Source of the DNA: a virus
Length of the DNA stretch: 64,000 bases
Strand: one strand, 5' to 3'
IMG/VR virus record: IMGVR_UViG_3300017917_002740
Coordinates: 30,390 to 94,389 of that record
Shown here: positions 20,767 to 30,063 of the stretch, piece by piece
Layout of the letters: each line of letters starts with the position of its first letter
How positions within the stretch are numbered: the first letter of the stretch is position 1
Program-made: the position numbers and the translations under genes
The notes under the pieces: model-generated
The model's database searches: none
Told to the model about the DNA's origin: nothing
The model's input: only the letters and a program-made list of their open reading frames with translations

Positions 20767-21252
20767 TTAACCTTCGTAGGTTGCTGAGTTAGCACCGTGT
20801 TCAAATACTTCAACAGATTTAATACGCACAGTTGGATTGATTGGATAGCGCATATTTCCTCCGGCTAATAGTTCAGCCATCTTGTCGAAGCACAATTTAG
20901 CAAACATTTCGCAGCCAACAGCCGGAACAATTCGTAGATCGCAGATGCCGCTGTCATTAAAGCCACCTTTGATTTCATTTAACTGTTTGAACAGTTCTAA
21001 ATGAGGATCATCTTCTGCAACAACTAAGGTGTGATCAAACATGTAATCGGCCCAAGTTTTAAATTCCTTAAGACCACCAAAGTCCATACACCAATTTTTG
21101 TCATCTAACGTATCGCACTCAAATATAAGTTTGATGCCGATCGAGTAACCATGCAGCGTCGAGCAATGACTGTGAGTGGCACGCCATTGTCTAAAGCAGC
21201 AACTCAGACCTCTGTCGTTGCCATATGTTTTTGTTGAATAAAATTTCGCCAT
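20767..21252 (-). CDS. queD: 6-carboxytetrahydropterin synthase / PTPS family
   Basis: HCSTLHGY, DFGGLK, FDH, GCEMFA and EVFE motifs. AGGAGG SD. Confidence 0.8.
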   Translation of the reverse strand: MAKFYSTKTYGNDRGLSCCFRQWRATHSHCSTLHGYSIGIKLIFECDTLDDKNWCMDFGGLKEFKTWADYMFDHTLVVAEDDPHLELFKQLNEIKGGFNDSGICDLRIVPAVGCEMFAKLCFDKMAELLAGGNMRYPINPTVRIKSVEVFEHGANSATYEG

Positions 21253-21284
21253 CTCTTGCCTCCTGTAAATTAAGCGAGTAAGTT

Positions 21285-21337
21285 TGATGACTTGCAGAAT
21301 ATTTAAAGAGGGTTGAAAGTCATTGAAGTCCTCTATA
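21285..21337 (-). ncRNA. Candidate preQ1-I-like H-type pseudoknot (riboswitch?) in the queD 5' UTR
   Basis: P1 is AGAGG (21330-34) with CCUCU (21307-11). The loop AUGACUU (21317-23) is complementary to downstream AAGUCAU (21287-93). Confidence 0.45.
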
Positions 21338-21340
21338 GAA

Positions 21341-21979
21341 CTATTGTACTACAGAACTATTTATGAAATCAACCTCAAGTTGAGCAATGTTCTTGAAATT
21401 AACATTTGATCTTTGCCAATCTTGAGGAGTTATCCAATCGGATTTGTTGAAGATATTAAATTTAATATTAGGATAATGAATGAAAATTTGAGAAATTTGA
21501 TAAACCCAATACGAATAGTCTACAGCCTGCGAACCAGCTTTGGCATAATTACTCGTATTTTTATAGATGTTATTAACTTTTTCATTATTGGGATATAGAT
21601 CAAAACCTAATAAGTCAACATTTTCGAAACCTAAATGTGCTGCCAACAACACAGCATAACAACCACTACCCCAGTGATCTGGTTGATCTCTTTTCAGTTC
21701 TCCAATTTTTGGTATTGGCGGAAGATGACAAATATTTTTATTTTTTAATATTTTGCGAAAATAATGATACCAGTTATCTCGAACGTATATTTGAGTGTTT
21801 TCAATATTGGGATTTTTTACAGCTTCGTCGGCCATTCTTCGATCACAGCAGATAAGATGATCAACTTTATAATCTCTATGAATAGCGTTACAGCCTATGA
21901 TAGTGTAATGGGATTGCCAAGTGGTTAGGTTTATATTTTTACGACTTTCGCCGTTGCCTACTACTAATGCTTGAGACAT
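21341..21979 (-). CDS. Rossmann-like protein, MptE/MAF (DUF115)-like
   Basis: LVVGNGESR, IGCNA, GSG..A..LA..LGF..LLGFD pattern. Confidence 0.5.
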   Translation of the reverse strand: MSQALVVGNGESRKNINLTTWQSHYTIIGCNAIHRDYKVDHLICCDRRMADEAVKNPNIENTQIYVRDNWYHYFRKILKNKNICHLPPIPKIGELKRDQPDHWGSGCYAVLLAAHLGFENVDLLGFDLYPNNEKVNNIYKNTSNYAKAGSQAVDYSYWVYQISQIFIHYPNIKFNIFNKSDWITPQDWQRSNVNFKNIAQLEVDFINSSVVQ

Positions 21980-22821
21980 TATTCGATTCTACCGAAACCG
22001 CTCCATAGGCCTGGATTGCCCGCTCTTGTACAAACCCATCCTACAAATTTTCCAGGATCTGGATTTGAATTCCACATAATATCACCTTCAGTAAATGTAC
22101 CACCTTGTGGAGGCTCTAATCCGCTTAGATGAATTTTATCATTGAATTTAATAGGACCGCTGACATGCAGATTGGTTCTGGGATCAATAGTGTTAACATT
22201 TACTCCAACTGATCCTATTACAGAAACTTTAATAGGGCCTGTGCTGTAGTTACCTAATCTAATGTCTCCATTTGCTACGATAGTTAGTCTTGGCGTGTTG
22301 TCTGTTACTAACTCTAAATCTGCAGAATTAAATGTTCCAATACTTCCTACATTTGGTTCGCTGGCACCTAAGACTAACTCGATATTCATGTCAACAATGC
22401 TTATAGGAGCTTTAGGTTGATCGGTACCGATTCCTAATCTATCAGTGTTGGCATCGTAAAATAGATATTGATTTATACTAACGGAACCATCAACTAATAG
22501 TCCATTAAGTCTACCTACTTCTCGTAGATAACTTTTTGTTACAGTAGGACCTAATTCATTCTCGTTGAGAACTTTAATGTTATTCATCATTAAAGATTTC
22601 CCACGTGCAAGATCTAAATCTTCAGATACAAAAAATCTATTAGGATTATCTATAAAAATAAATTGTTTATTATTGCCCTGTCCAGACCAAATTAAACCTT
22701 TGCCAACAATGTCTCCTTTAAAATTAATAAAAGGCACTTCTGCGACATCGACATCTTTACCAGATTCTAAAACTTCTCTAAGAGAACTTAACAGGGTTTC
22801 AATTTTATCAGACATGATCAA
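21979..22821 (-). CDS. Virion/tail-associated protein (paralog of the upstream gene)
   Basis: Contains RLGIGT and the C-terminal GDIMWNSNP..GWVCTRAGNPGLW. Confidence 0.6.
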   Translation of the reverse strand: MIMSDKIETLLSSLREVLESGKDVDVAEVPFINFKGDIVGKGLIWSGQGNNKQFIFIDNPNRFFVSEDLDLARGKSLMMNNIKVLNENELGPTVTKSYLREVGRLNGLLVDGSVSINQYLFYDANTDRLGIGTDQPKAPISIVDMNIELVLGASEPNVGSIGTFNSADLELVTDNTPRLTIVANGDIRLGNYSTGPIKVSVIGSVGVNVNTIDPRTNLHVSGPIKFNDKIHLSGLEPPQGGTFTEGDIMWNSNPDPGKFVGWVCTRAGNPGLWSGFGRIE

Positions 22822-23921
22822 CTATTTCCAATTTTGCCAAAGGGTTCCCATAGACCTGGTGTTCCGGCTTGAACACAAACCCAACCTACGTATTGATTAA
22901 TTTTTGGTTCTGAATTCCACACAATATCTCCGGCATTGTATGATCCAGCAGTAGGAGATGAACGATCAACTCTCTGTAACCTATTTCCAAACTTAACTGA
23001 TCCTGCAACATGAAGATCGACATCTGGATCAGGAGTATTCACTTTGATCGATAATTTTCCATGAACTGAAACCTGTACTGGTGGAAGTTTAGGATTACCT
23101 AAAGAAATATTACCAGCAGAAGAAACAGAAATTCTTGTGGTATTATCTGTAACTATATCAAAAGTGTGACTGGCATATGTACCGATAAACCCTTTGCTAA
23201 AATCTTTACTTCCTAAAACAATCTCAATACCGTCTTCTACAATTGCAAACGCAGAGTGGGGTTCTTCTGTTCCTAATCCCAATCTGTTTGTTTCGTTACT
23301 AAAATTTAAATATTGTCCAATTGAAACATCACCGTCAACGATTAAACCTTGTAATCTACCTACTTGTCTAAGATGACTCTTGGTAATGGTTGGACCTAAT
23401 TCTTCTTCGCTGAATAATTTTATTCCGTTAACAGTAACACTTTTGCCTCTGCCTAAATCGATGTCTTCTGAACTAAAAAATCTATCAGGATTTGATGCAA
23501 AAATAAACTGTTTGGTATTACCAGCACCGGACCATAATAATCCTTTGCCTTCCAAGCTATCTCCTGAAAATACAATAGGAGTGTCTTTTTCAAATTTTAT
23601 ATCGGCTCTGATTTCTTTTACTTCTAATATATTAGTTTTAAGAGTACCAGATACTGTGAGGTCGTCGATATGTTCGGCCTTTAAATTTCTAATATGTACA
23701 CCGTCGTCTTTGACCGTGATCTGAGTCTTTGATGCCTGATCGGAAATTCCTGCACTACTAAAATTTTGTACAGTGCCACCGTTGATATGATCGCCGCTTA
23801 GGGATCTTAAAGGAATTTTTTTAACAAAGGACTTGGGATCAGTCATAAAACTGTCTGGCTCCATGCCCTTTAATGCATCCGCCAGTGCCGCTAAGGCTTG
23901 ATCAATGTTGTTTTTGTTCAT
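22818..23921 (-). CDS. Virion/tail-associated protein
   Basis: C-terminal GDIVWNSEP..GWVCVQAGTPGLW. Start revised to ATG 23921, behind a TAAATA box. Confidence 0.6.
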   Translation of the reverse strand: MNKNNIDQALAALADALKGMEPDSFMTDPKSFVKKIPLRSLSGDHINGGTVQNFSSAGISDQASKTQITVKDDGVHIRNLKAEHIDDLTVSGTLKTNILEVKEIRADIKFEKDTPIVFSGDSLEGKGLLWSGAGNTKQFIFASNPDRFFSSEDIDLGRGKSVTVNGIKLFSEEELGPTITKSHLRQVGRLQGLIVDGDVSIGQYLNFSNETNRLGLGTEEPHSAFAIVEDGIEIVLGSKDFSKGFIGTYASHTFDIVTDNTTRISVSSAGNISLGNPKLPPVQVSVHGKLSIKVNTPDPDVDLHVAGSVKFGNRLQRVDRSSPTAGSYNAGDIVWNSEPKINQYVGWVCVQAGTPGLWEPFGKIGNS

Positions 23922-23944
23922 GATAAGGTATTTATCAATAAACA

Positions 23945-23969
23945 AAAAGCGGGCACTTGGCCCGCTTTT
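23945..23969. terminator. Intrinsic terminator (bidirectional)
   Basis: aaaagcgggc-acttg-gcccgctttt hairpin with A/T tails, separating early from late genes. Confidence 0.85.
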
Positions 23970-23986
23970 ACTGAGGATTTACTTTG

Positions 23987-25168
23987 TTATTGTACTCGTA
24001 ATAGGATAGTTTCTTCGTTTAAACGACCGTTTAGTTTAATATCTACTGCTTTAATGTCGTCTAAGAACTTGCGTAAAGCTACTTTACCTGCGCCTTTGAA
24101 CTCTTTGAGCTGTTCTTCGGGTTTACGTAGAGTCTTAGCCACGCTTTTATTCTCGTCAAAGTTAATAATAGATGTACCTTTTACGCTGAGATCGCTGTAT
24201 TCAGAGGCTACATATTTGCCCAACTTACGAGTCTTAACATTAAAAACCCATAATTCTTTAGCACCAATAATGTCTACAGGATTAATTGAAACAAGTTTGA
24301 GCTTATCATCTTGTTTCAAATATTTTACTTTGGCAACAAGTTTAGCTTTATCTGTGGGTTTCTTGGCACGTGGCTTACGATTAACTTTGGCTTCCTGTGC
24401 TAACATATCGCAGGCAGAAATAATCTCACCGTAAAACTGTGTGATCTTTTTAATTTGAGGTTTTGTCAAATGACTGTAAGCTTCTTTGAGTTGCTCACAT
24501 TCTCCATCGGCCAATTCGAGATATTCATCATATTGACGCTGATAATAGTCTTTGATCACACGAGCATGAGCTGCCTTGGCCTGTTTACCACGCAAAAGAT
24601 TAAGAACTTTAAACGCTTTAGGGTCGAATGTTTCAGGGTCCTGACTAAAGATTTCTAACGCATCTTCTAATTCTTCGGTCATAGCATAGGCAGCATCGCG
24701 AAGTCTTTCCTGAATTGAAGGAACATATACTGCAGGTTTGTCCTCTACAACAGCAGTTTCATCTACGATTTCGTCATCTTTACCTTCGGACACAACTCGA
24801 GCAATCTGCTCACGCAACCAAACGGTAGAATCTCGACCATCGTTAAAGTCTGCGCGAACAGCAGGCATGCCTCTCAATAGATTGGCAGCAATAGAACCCA
24901 TGGTTAAATTACAACGATTGTCCTTGGTATCTTTAAATGCTTTAATTTGATCTTTGGTATAACCATTTTGTTGCATCCAGAGTACAACTTTTGGTTTCAA
25001 ATCTTTACCAGAAAAATCCAAACGATAGTGATCCATAGTAAGTCGGAATTGACGCATAAACTGATCAGTTGACCAAGATTCGTGTCCGTCCCATTTTGGA
25101 CTGACATCTTTGCCTTTGGCCTTATCTACAGCCAGTTGAACAGCTTTGCTTCTGGATTTTGTCGCCAT
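23987..25168 (-). CDS. Hypothetical phage protein (early)
   Basis: 393 aa, AGGAG SD, downstream of a sigma70 promoter. Confidence 0.8.
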   Translation of the reverse strand: MATKSRSKAVQLAVDKAKGKDVSPKWDGHESWSTDQFMRQFRLTMDHYRLDFSGKDLKPKVVLWMQQNGYTKDQIKAFKDTKDNRCNLTMGSIAANLLRGMPAVRADFNDGRDSTVWLREQIARVVSEGKDDEIVDETAVVEDKPAVYVPSIQERLRDAAYAMTEELEDALEIFSQDPETFDPKAFKVLNLLRGKQAKAAHARVIKDYYQRQYDEYLELADGECEQLKEAYSHLTKPQIKKITQFYGEIISACDMLAQEAKVNRKPRAKKPTDKAKLVAKVKYLKQDDKLKLVSINPVDIIGAKELWVFNVKTRKLGKYVASEYSDLSVKGTSIINFDENKSVAKTLRKPEEQLKEFKGAGKVALRKFLDDIKAVDIKLNGRLNEETILLRVQ

Positions 25169-25200
25169 TTGAATGCTCCTATTTGTTTACTAATATAACT

Positions 25201-25229
25201 ATTATAACATCATTTTAGTATAATGTCAA
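25201..25229 (-). promoter_or_regulatory. Consensus sigma70 promoter with extended -10
   Basis: TTGACA (25224-29), 17-nt spacer, TATAAT (25201-06), preceded by TGn. Confidence 0.85.
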
Positions 25230-25412
25230 TCGTTCAATTTCTACGATATCGCCGGTTTCGGTTTCTTGATAGATAGTAACTGCTTCGATACCCTCTTGTT
25301 CGAGATGGGTTATAGCAAGTTCTTTAGCTTCTTTTAAGCTTCTTGTCGTTTCAATTAGTTCTTCGTGGCCCAAATCGTCTTCGGACCAGACCTCATAAAG
25401 TTCCCAGGTCAT
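25215..25412 (-). CDS. Hypothetical acidic protein
   Basis: 65 aa ORF collinear with its neighbours. Confidence 0.6.
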   Translation of the reverse strand: MTWELYEVWSEDDLGHEELIETTRSLKEAKELAITHLEQEGIEAVTIYQETETGDIVEIERLTLY

Positions 25413-25431
25413 TTTGGTTTTATTAATCTCC

Positions 25432-25839
25432 TTAGTTATCTTTGGAATATGGCACAGGCACCCATCCCAGTTTATTTAAATCTTCTTTGATTTCTTCTGT
25501 TACTACACCTTCCGGAACATATCCACGTGCTTGAAATTCACGATCGATCTTGTCGGGATCATCGTCATCAAATGCTGCAAACCCACCCATTCCGGAGCAG
25601 TACCAATCCATATAGTCTTCTCCACCGCCACGTATTTCGGCAACTATTCCGCCAGCATAGCGCCAAGAGCAACTCCAAAGTTCGCTCTTCAAGATTGGAA
25701 TAACATCCAATTTCTGCCATTGCATATTACACAATGCCGAATAAAGATTTTGTGCATAAGATTTGTTTTCTCGAACTTTGATTAAAAACCATTCGTTCTT
25801 AAAAAGTTCATCTTCTAAATTAGGACGATCAGAGTTCAT
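25432..25839 (-). CDS. Hypothetical phage protein
   Basis: 135 aa with YAQNLYSALCN..SWRYAGG..DWYCSG. Confidence 0.75.
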   Translation of the reverse strand: MNSDRPNLEDELFKNEWFLIKVRENKSYAQNLYSALCNMQWQKLDVIPILKSELWSCSWRYAGGIVAEIRGGGEDYMDWYCSGMGGFAAFDDDDPDKIDREFQARGYVPEGVVTEEIKEDLNKLGWVPVPYSKDN

Positions 25840-26806
25840 GACACTTGTTTAAACCACGCCAGCGTTTAATACCAACAGCCTTTTCTCCATCTTCTTTCCA
25901 AGAGCGTCCAGTCCATTCACACATATGTTCAATTGGAAAAGGCCAAGTTGTGGATTCAAACTCACATTCGTAAGTACCTTTGTGAGAAGGTTTTACACTG
26001 ACATCAAACCATTCTGTTTTATCTTCGTCTGACCAGTCCGGTTCAGATTCACCAAACTCTTCTTTAAATTCGTTTACTATCTTTTCCAATTCTGCTGCCG
26101 GATCCCAAGACTCGTCTTCTTCTGGCAACTCATAGCGTTCCCATTTACCTTCGTCGTCAACAATACGAACCATGACCATGTCAGAGCTTTTGCCATCAGT
26201 GCTACCGCCCCAGTTTTCAATCTCTTCACCGTCGTAGTATACACAGTTAACGATTTCTTCACCATCAATTTCTTCGTAGTGAAGTTCTAATTTTTCAATG
26301 TTAAAAGGTGCCTTTAATTCAATCTCACCTTCAAAAAAGGTACCTTTTTCGTTGCTACTTCCAACAAAGACCACTTCGCCTTTCTTTCTGCTTCCAATCC
26401 AGATTTCATCGTTGCAACACCAATCCGGCTCGCCATCGCATCCGCCACCTCCGATATCGTCGAAACTTTTTTCATATACAGTATTACCGTTTTCGTCTTC
26501 GATTTGTAAAGTTCCTGCACTTCTGCTCACACCATTAACATGTCCCATGTTATCACACTCGTACCAAGAGCCCGGAGTGAAGGGCAACTGATCAATATCT
26601 AAACCACGTTCTTCGGTGAATACATCATAGTCTCCCCAAGCTAAATCAACTATATCGATTCGATGTTTGAGGCAATAATCCCAGGCTTTAGGGTCTACGG
26701 TACCCATAACCTTCTCGCCACCGTAACCCCACATAGTGATTTTGTAGGTTCGTGGCGTGAATTTTAAAATTTCTAATAGTTCTTGTTTTTCTTCTTTAGT
26801 TGCCAT
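25829..26806 (-). CDS. Hypothetical acidic protein
   Basis: 325 aa ORF overlapping its neighbours in operon fashion. Confidence 0.75.
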   Translation of the reverse strand: MATKEEKQELLEILKFTPRTYKITMWGYGGEKVMGTVDPKAWDYCLKHRIDIVDLAWGDYDVFTEERGLDIDQLPFTPGSWYECDNMGHVNGVSRSAGTLQIEDENGNTVYEKSFDDIGGGGCDGEPDWCCNDEIWIGSRKKGEVVFVGSSNEKGTFFEGEIELKAPFNIEKLELHYEEIDGEEIVNCVYYDGEEIENWGGSTDGKSSDMVMVRIVDDEGKWERYELPEEDESWDPAAELEKIVNEFKEEFGESEPDWSDEDKTEWFDVSVKPSHKGTYECEFESTTWPFPIEHMCEWTGRSWKEDGEKAVGIKRWRGLNKCHEL

Positions 26807-27137
26807 TGCGTGCCTCTCTGAAAGTTTTTACATCTTTTACTGCGGTCTTTAATGTTTCTGAATAGTTAAGCGCCTGCTGCTCGGTCATTATAACTGAACC
26901 TTCGTACTCTACATAGCCTTTGGTTACCAAGGACCAAATGGTTTTCCAGCGATTCATCGACCACCATTTAGATTTAAGTTTAGTATAAGTTGTAACACTT
27001 ACACCGGTATCATCTGCTTCTACCCAAACATTGTGTTCGCAGTCTGAACCGCAACAAGAACAAGGAATAAGATAACTCTTAGAGTCACCATAGTCCCCAC
27101 GTTTTAAAATTCCTTCTGCTGGTATTTGTGATTTCAT
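26796..27137 (-). CDS. Hypothetical protein (CxC..H motif)
   Basis: 113 aa with an ATGA-type overlap with the upstream gene. Confidence 0.7.
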   Translation of the reverse strand: MKSQIPAEGILKRGDYGDSKSYLIPCSCCGSDCEHNVWVEADDTGVSVTTYTKLKSKWWSMNRWKTIWSLVTKGYVEYEGSVIMTEQQALNYSETLKTAVKDVKTFREARNGN

Positions 27138-27352
27138 TGTAATGACGGCCCTGTAAATGTTTTAATATCATGTCTACGTTCATAGATACTATCGACCATG
27201 GCAAGATACTCATCTTCTGGCAGTAGTGTTTTGTACATAGTTAAGGCCTGCACAGTTAATACTGCTGCCATTTCTAATGGATCATAATCAGAAATTAGCT
27301 GACTATGAATTTCCATATATTTCGCATACAACTCTTCGTGTCTATCCGCCAT
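27134..27352 (-). CDS. Hypothetical protein
   Basis: Start revised to MADRHEEL (AGGA SD), downstream of a promoter. Confidence 0.65.
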   Translation of the reverse strand: MADRHEELYAKYMEIHSQLISDYDPLEMAAVLTVQALTMYKTLLPEDEYLAMVDSIYERRHDIKTFTGPSLQ

Positions 27353-27417
27353 TTTTATCCTTTTGATGTCGATACTCTCTTTTAATCCACCACTTATATT
27401 TGTTCCAATACTCTTGC

Positions 27418-27446
27418 ATTCTATACGGTTGTTCACCAAAAGTCAA
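27418..27446 (-). promoter_or_regulatory. sigma70-like promoter
   Basis: TTGACT, 17-nt spacer, TAGAAT. Confidence 0.65.
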
Positions 27447-27508
27447 ATGTTCTTCGCAGTTTTGATGCCAAAGGCGTTGTACCCAGAGTCTAAAACGAGT
27501 AGGATCTT

Positions 27509-28327
27509 TTATGTCCATAGGCTTTCACGAATTTTGATTAAGCGAATCATCATTTCTTCATCTTCTTTTTCGTATTGTACTTCCAACTTCTGTAGCTTGT
27601 CAAGAGCCTTACGACTTTCAGTTTTCTCTTTTTTGGTTTTTTCTTCTGGTAAAAACTCATCTGGATAGTCTTTACGTCGACGTTCACAGACATCATGCCA
27701 GCCACTGGCTTCATAGGGGTCTGGACGATTTGGACGAATCTCTTTCCACCAAGTGTAGATTTCCAAAATCTCCTTAGCGGCTTTGGCCTGATAAGTAGGT
27801 TCGGGGGTTTCGCCTTCCTTGATAAACTCTTCGTTAGTTAGTGTCATCGCCCATTTTAGATAATCAATACCTGCTTCTGGACAGCGCCATGTGCGGAAAC
27901 GAAAGAATGTTCGAGTCCAAGGAGTGAGATATTTTTTACGGGTATCATCATCCCACATCACATGGTGCCACGCCTGTTCAATTTCTACAAAGTCCACAAG
28001 CTCGTTCATTAGGCAAGGCAGAAAACGATTGCCAACGTCCTGCCACTGTCCGGGTTTGATATCTTTAGGGTGAGCGGTTAGACAGTGTGTGCGAGTAATC
28101 CAGCGGTTATTAATATAGTAACGAACATCATTGATACGATCTGGAATCCAGCACCATACATTTTGGACGTAGTCAAGCCCTTCTTCGGCTATCCAATAAC
28201 GGATAGGATGTGACTCTTTAGATGCACGTTTCCAGGTCGCCCATTCTTTTGAGGTACCAGCATGAAGCTTTGGCGTACCGCGAAGCCAATCTGCAAACTT
28301 TGAGCAAGTCCAATAATTTGATCTCAT
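27509..28327 (-). CDS. Hypothetical Trp-rich phage protein
   Basis: 272 aa ORF behind a consensus promoter. Confidence 0.8.
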   Translation of the reverse strand: MRSNYWTCSKFADWLRGTPKLHAGTSKEWATWKRASKESHPIRYWIAEEGLDYVQNVWCWIPDRINDVRYYINNRWITRTHCLTAHPKDIKPGQWQDVGNRFLPCLMNELVDFVEIEQAWHHVMWDDDTRKKYLTPWTRTFFRFRTWRCPEAGIDYLKWAMTLTNEEFIKEGETPEPTYQAKAAKEILEIYTWWKEIRPNRPDPYEASGWHDVCERRRKDYPDEFLPEEKTKKEKTESRKALDKLQKLEVQYEKEDEEMMIRLIKIRESLWT

Positions 28328-28354
28328 GATATTTTCTTTCTGTAGAACAACTTA

Positions 28355-28383
28355 ATTATACTATCATTAAAGAAATCTGTCAA
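28355..28383 (-). promoter_or_regulatory. Consensus sigma70 (early) promoter
   Basis: TTGACA (28378-83), 17-nt spacer, TATAAT (28355-60). Confidence 0.85.
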
Positions 28384-28401
28384 TAACGATTGAAAAATGA
28401 A

Positions 28402-28788
28402 TCAAAATTTTTGTTGATATCCAGCCAAATTGAGCATCATACTATACTGCTCATAGGCTTTTTTGACTGCTTCGTTTGAGTTACGATAAAATGCTTCTTC
28501 ACGTTCTTTGTCCATAAGTGTTTGAAACATGTCAACTTCGGATCGAGTATGATGTTGCCATTTAAAGAAACGCTGTTCTAATTCTACAAGAGCTCTAAGA
28601 CGACCCTCTGGGATTTCTATAGTATAGACTCGTTCATCTTCAAACTCCACAATATCCTTGCGAATGATATCAGCACGTTCTGGGTCTGTGAAAAATCGTG
28701 GAGGATGATAACGTGCCCTACGTTTGGAATCGTTTAGGACACGTACCTCATAGTTTTCACAAAAGTTTTTTAGTTTATTATCGTCCAC
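28402..28788 (-). CDS. Hypothetical phage protein
   Basis: 128 aa, GTG start, C-terminal AVKKAYEQY..MLNLA. Confidence 0.7.
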   Translation of the reverse strand: MDDNKLKNFCENYEVRVLNDSKRRARYHPPRFFTDPERADIIRKDIVEFEDERVYTIEIPEGRLRALVELEQRFFKWQHHTRSEVDMFQTLMDKEREEAFYRNSNEAVKKAYEQYSMMLNLAGYQQKF

Positions 28789-28933
28789 GGCCCGCAGATT
28801 TCTTTGCTGGTTTGTTTACGCTTACTTGACTACCGTGAATACCGTGATCTCCATCCTTGGCATTCTTAGTATTGGTTTGTTTTTGATTGGACTTCTTTTT
28901 TTCTAAAGCAGCTTTTAAAAAATCAGTTTTCAT
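28778..28933 (-). CDS. Small basic protein (51 aa, below the ORF-track cutoff)
   Basis: Manually translated as MKTDFLKAALEKKKSNQKQ..KSAGRGR. It has an AAGGAG SD and fills the gap after thyX exactly. Confidence 0.65.
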   Translation of the reverse strand: MKTDFLKAALEKKKSNQKQTNTKNAKDGDHGIHGSQVSVNKPAKKSAGRGR

Positions 28934-28935
28934 AA

Positions 28936-29607
28936 TTACTCCTTGGCAATTAAACTGTCAGTCATTGGGAATATAGCAGCGATGGCTTTGGCGCAGGCCA
29001 ATGCCACCAGTTGATGTTCTTTCTGTGTTCCATTACCAGAACGTAGTTCAATAAAATGTACCCACGAACGAAGTGTTCCGTTCATATACAATCGACTTTC
29101 AATAAGTCCTTCTGGTAGCACAGCACGAGCCTGTTCTTTAGCTATGCCCTTAGCGATAGCCCATTCGTAGGCACTTCGTGCATAATCGATGACCTGTTGT
29201 TGCTGTCGCTCCCAATCTCTCTGTAAGCGTTCATCATCCGTTTCGACACTGTTCTGTCTGTTCTTTGGGTCTTGAAGTCGTGCTTCTCGCAGTACAAACG
29301 AGAGGTCTTTAACAGGGTCAGCATATCGCTGACTGAACTCTTGGAATGAGAAACTTCTGTGTCTGAGAATCTGTCTTGCGATATCTCTTGTGGTTGTGAT
29401 TTCCACACAGGCTGATACCATTTCAAGGGGTGACCAGTGTGCGTGTTTAACAAGATATCGTATAAGCTTCTCTGATGTCTCTGTATTGAGCTGGTTTGAT
29501 GGGTTTGAGACACGGGCGCAATACGCAATGAGTTCCTGCGCATCGTCGATGCCCAGATTTGCAAATTCCACTGTGGGTTGGGAGTAAGAGACCAAGCGAA
29601 CATCCAT
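28936..29607 (-). CDS. thyX: Flavin-dependent thymidylate synthase
   Basis: RHRSFSFQEFSQRY (RHRx7S motif), plus HWSPLE, EQARAVLP and TQKEH. Confidence 0.96.
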   Translation of the reverse strand: MDVRLVSYSQPTVEFANLGIDDAQELIAYCARVSNPSNQLNTETSEKLIRYLVKHAHWSPLEMVSACVEITTTRDIARQILRHRSFSFQEFSQRYADPVKDLSFVLREARLQDPKNRQNSVETDDERLQRDWERQQQQVIDYARSAYEWAIAKGIAKEQARAVLPEGLIESRLYMNGTLRSWVHFIELRSGNGTQKEHQLVALACAKAIAAIFPMTDSLIAKE

Positions 29608-30062
29608 TATGCTTCCTTAAGAATTTTCATTAATTTTTCTTTTTCTAAAAGATCTTTTTCAAGTTCTATATATTGCTTACGCAATTCTTTGAGTTGTTTC
29701 CAACGATCTTCTAACTCTGGATTAGGGTTGAGAATACCTAATCTTTCTTCAATCTTTTCTATAGCGTCTGAAAGACTTTTACCGCCTATTTTAATATCTC
29801 CACCTTCTTTGACATTAATGCCATTGGTATCGATATTAACACTGGCAGCATTGTTCCAATCACTGGTTGAAGTATTGTATGTATAAGTCACAGGAGATGT
29901 AAGACTCCCTGTGACAGAATACATAGATGGATCTAATGTTATAGATGTAGCGCCAGTGCCGCCAAATCCGCCCGCACCTATGTTATAGATGGGCCCGCCG
30001 GCACCGCCACTACTTAAATCAAGATCTAATTGATCAGTAATATCGATCTTGCTCACAGACAT
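29607..30062 (-). CDS. Hypothetical protein (Gly/Thr-rich N-terminus, coiled-coil C-terminus)
   Basis: Start revised to MSVSKID to avoid overlap with the Hc1-like gene. Confidence 0.65.
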   Translation of the reverse strand: MSVSKIDITDQLDLDLSSGGAGGPIYNIGAGGFGGTGATSITLDPSMYSVTGSLTSPVTYTYNTSTSDWNNAASVNIDTNGINVKEGGDIKIGGKSLSDAIEKIEERLGILNPNPELEDRWKQLKELRKQYIELEKDLLEKEKLMKILKEA

Positions 30063-30063
30063 T

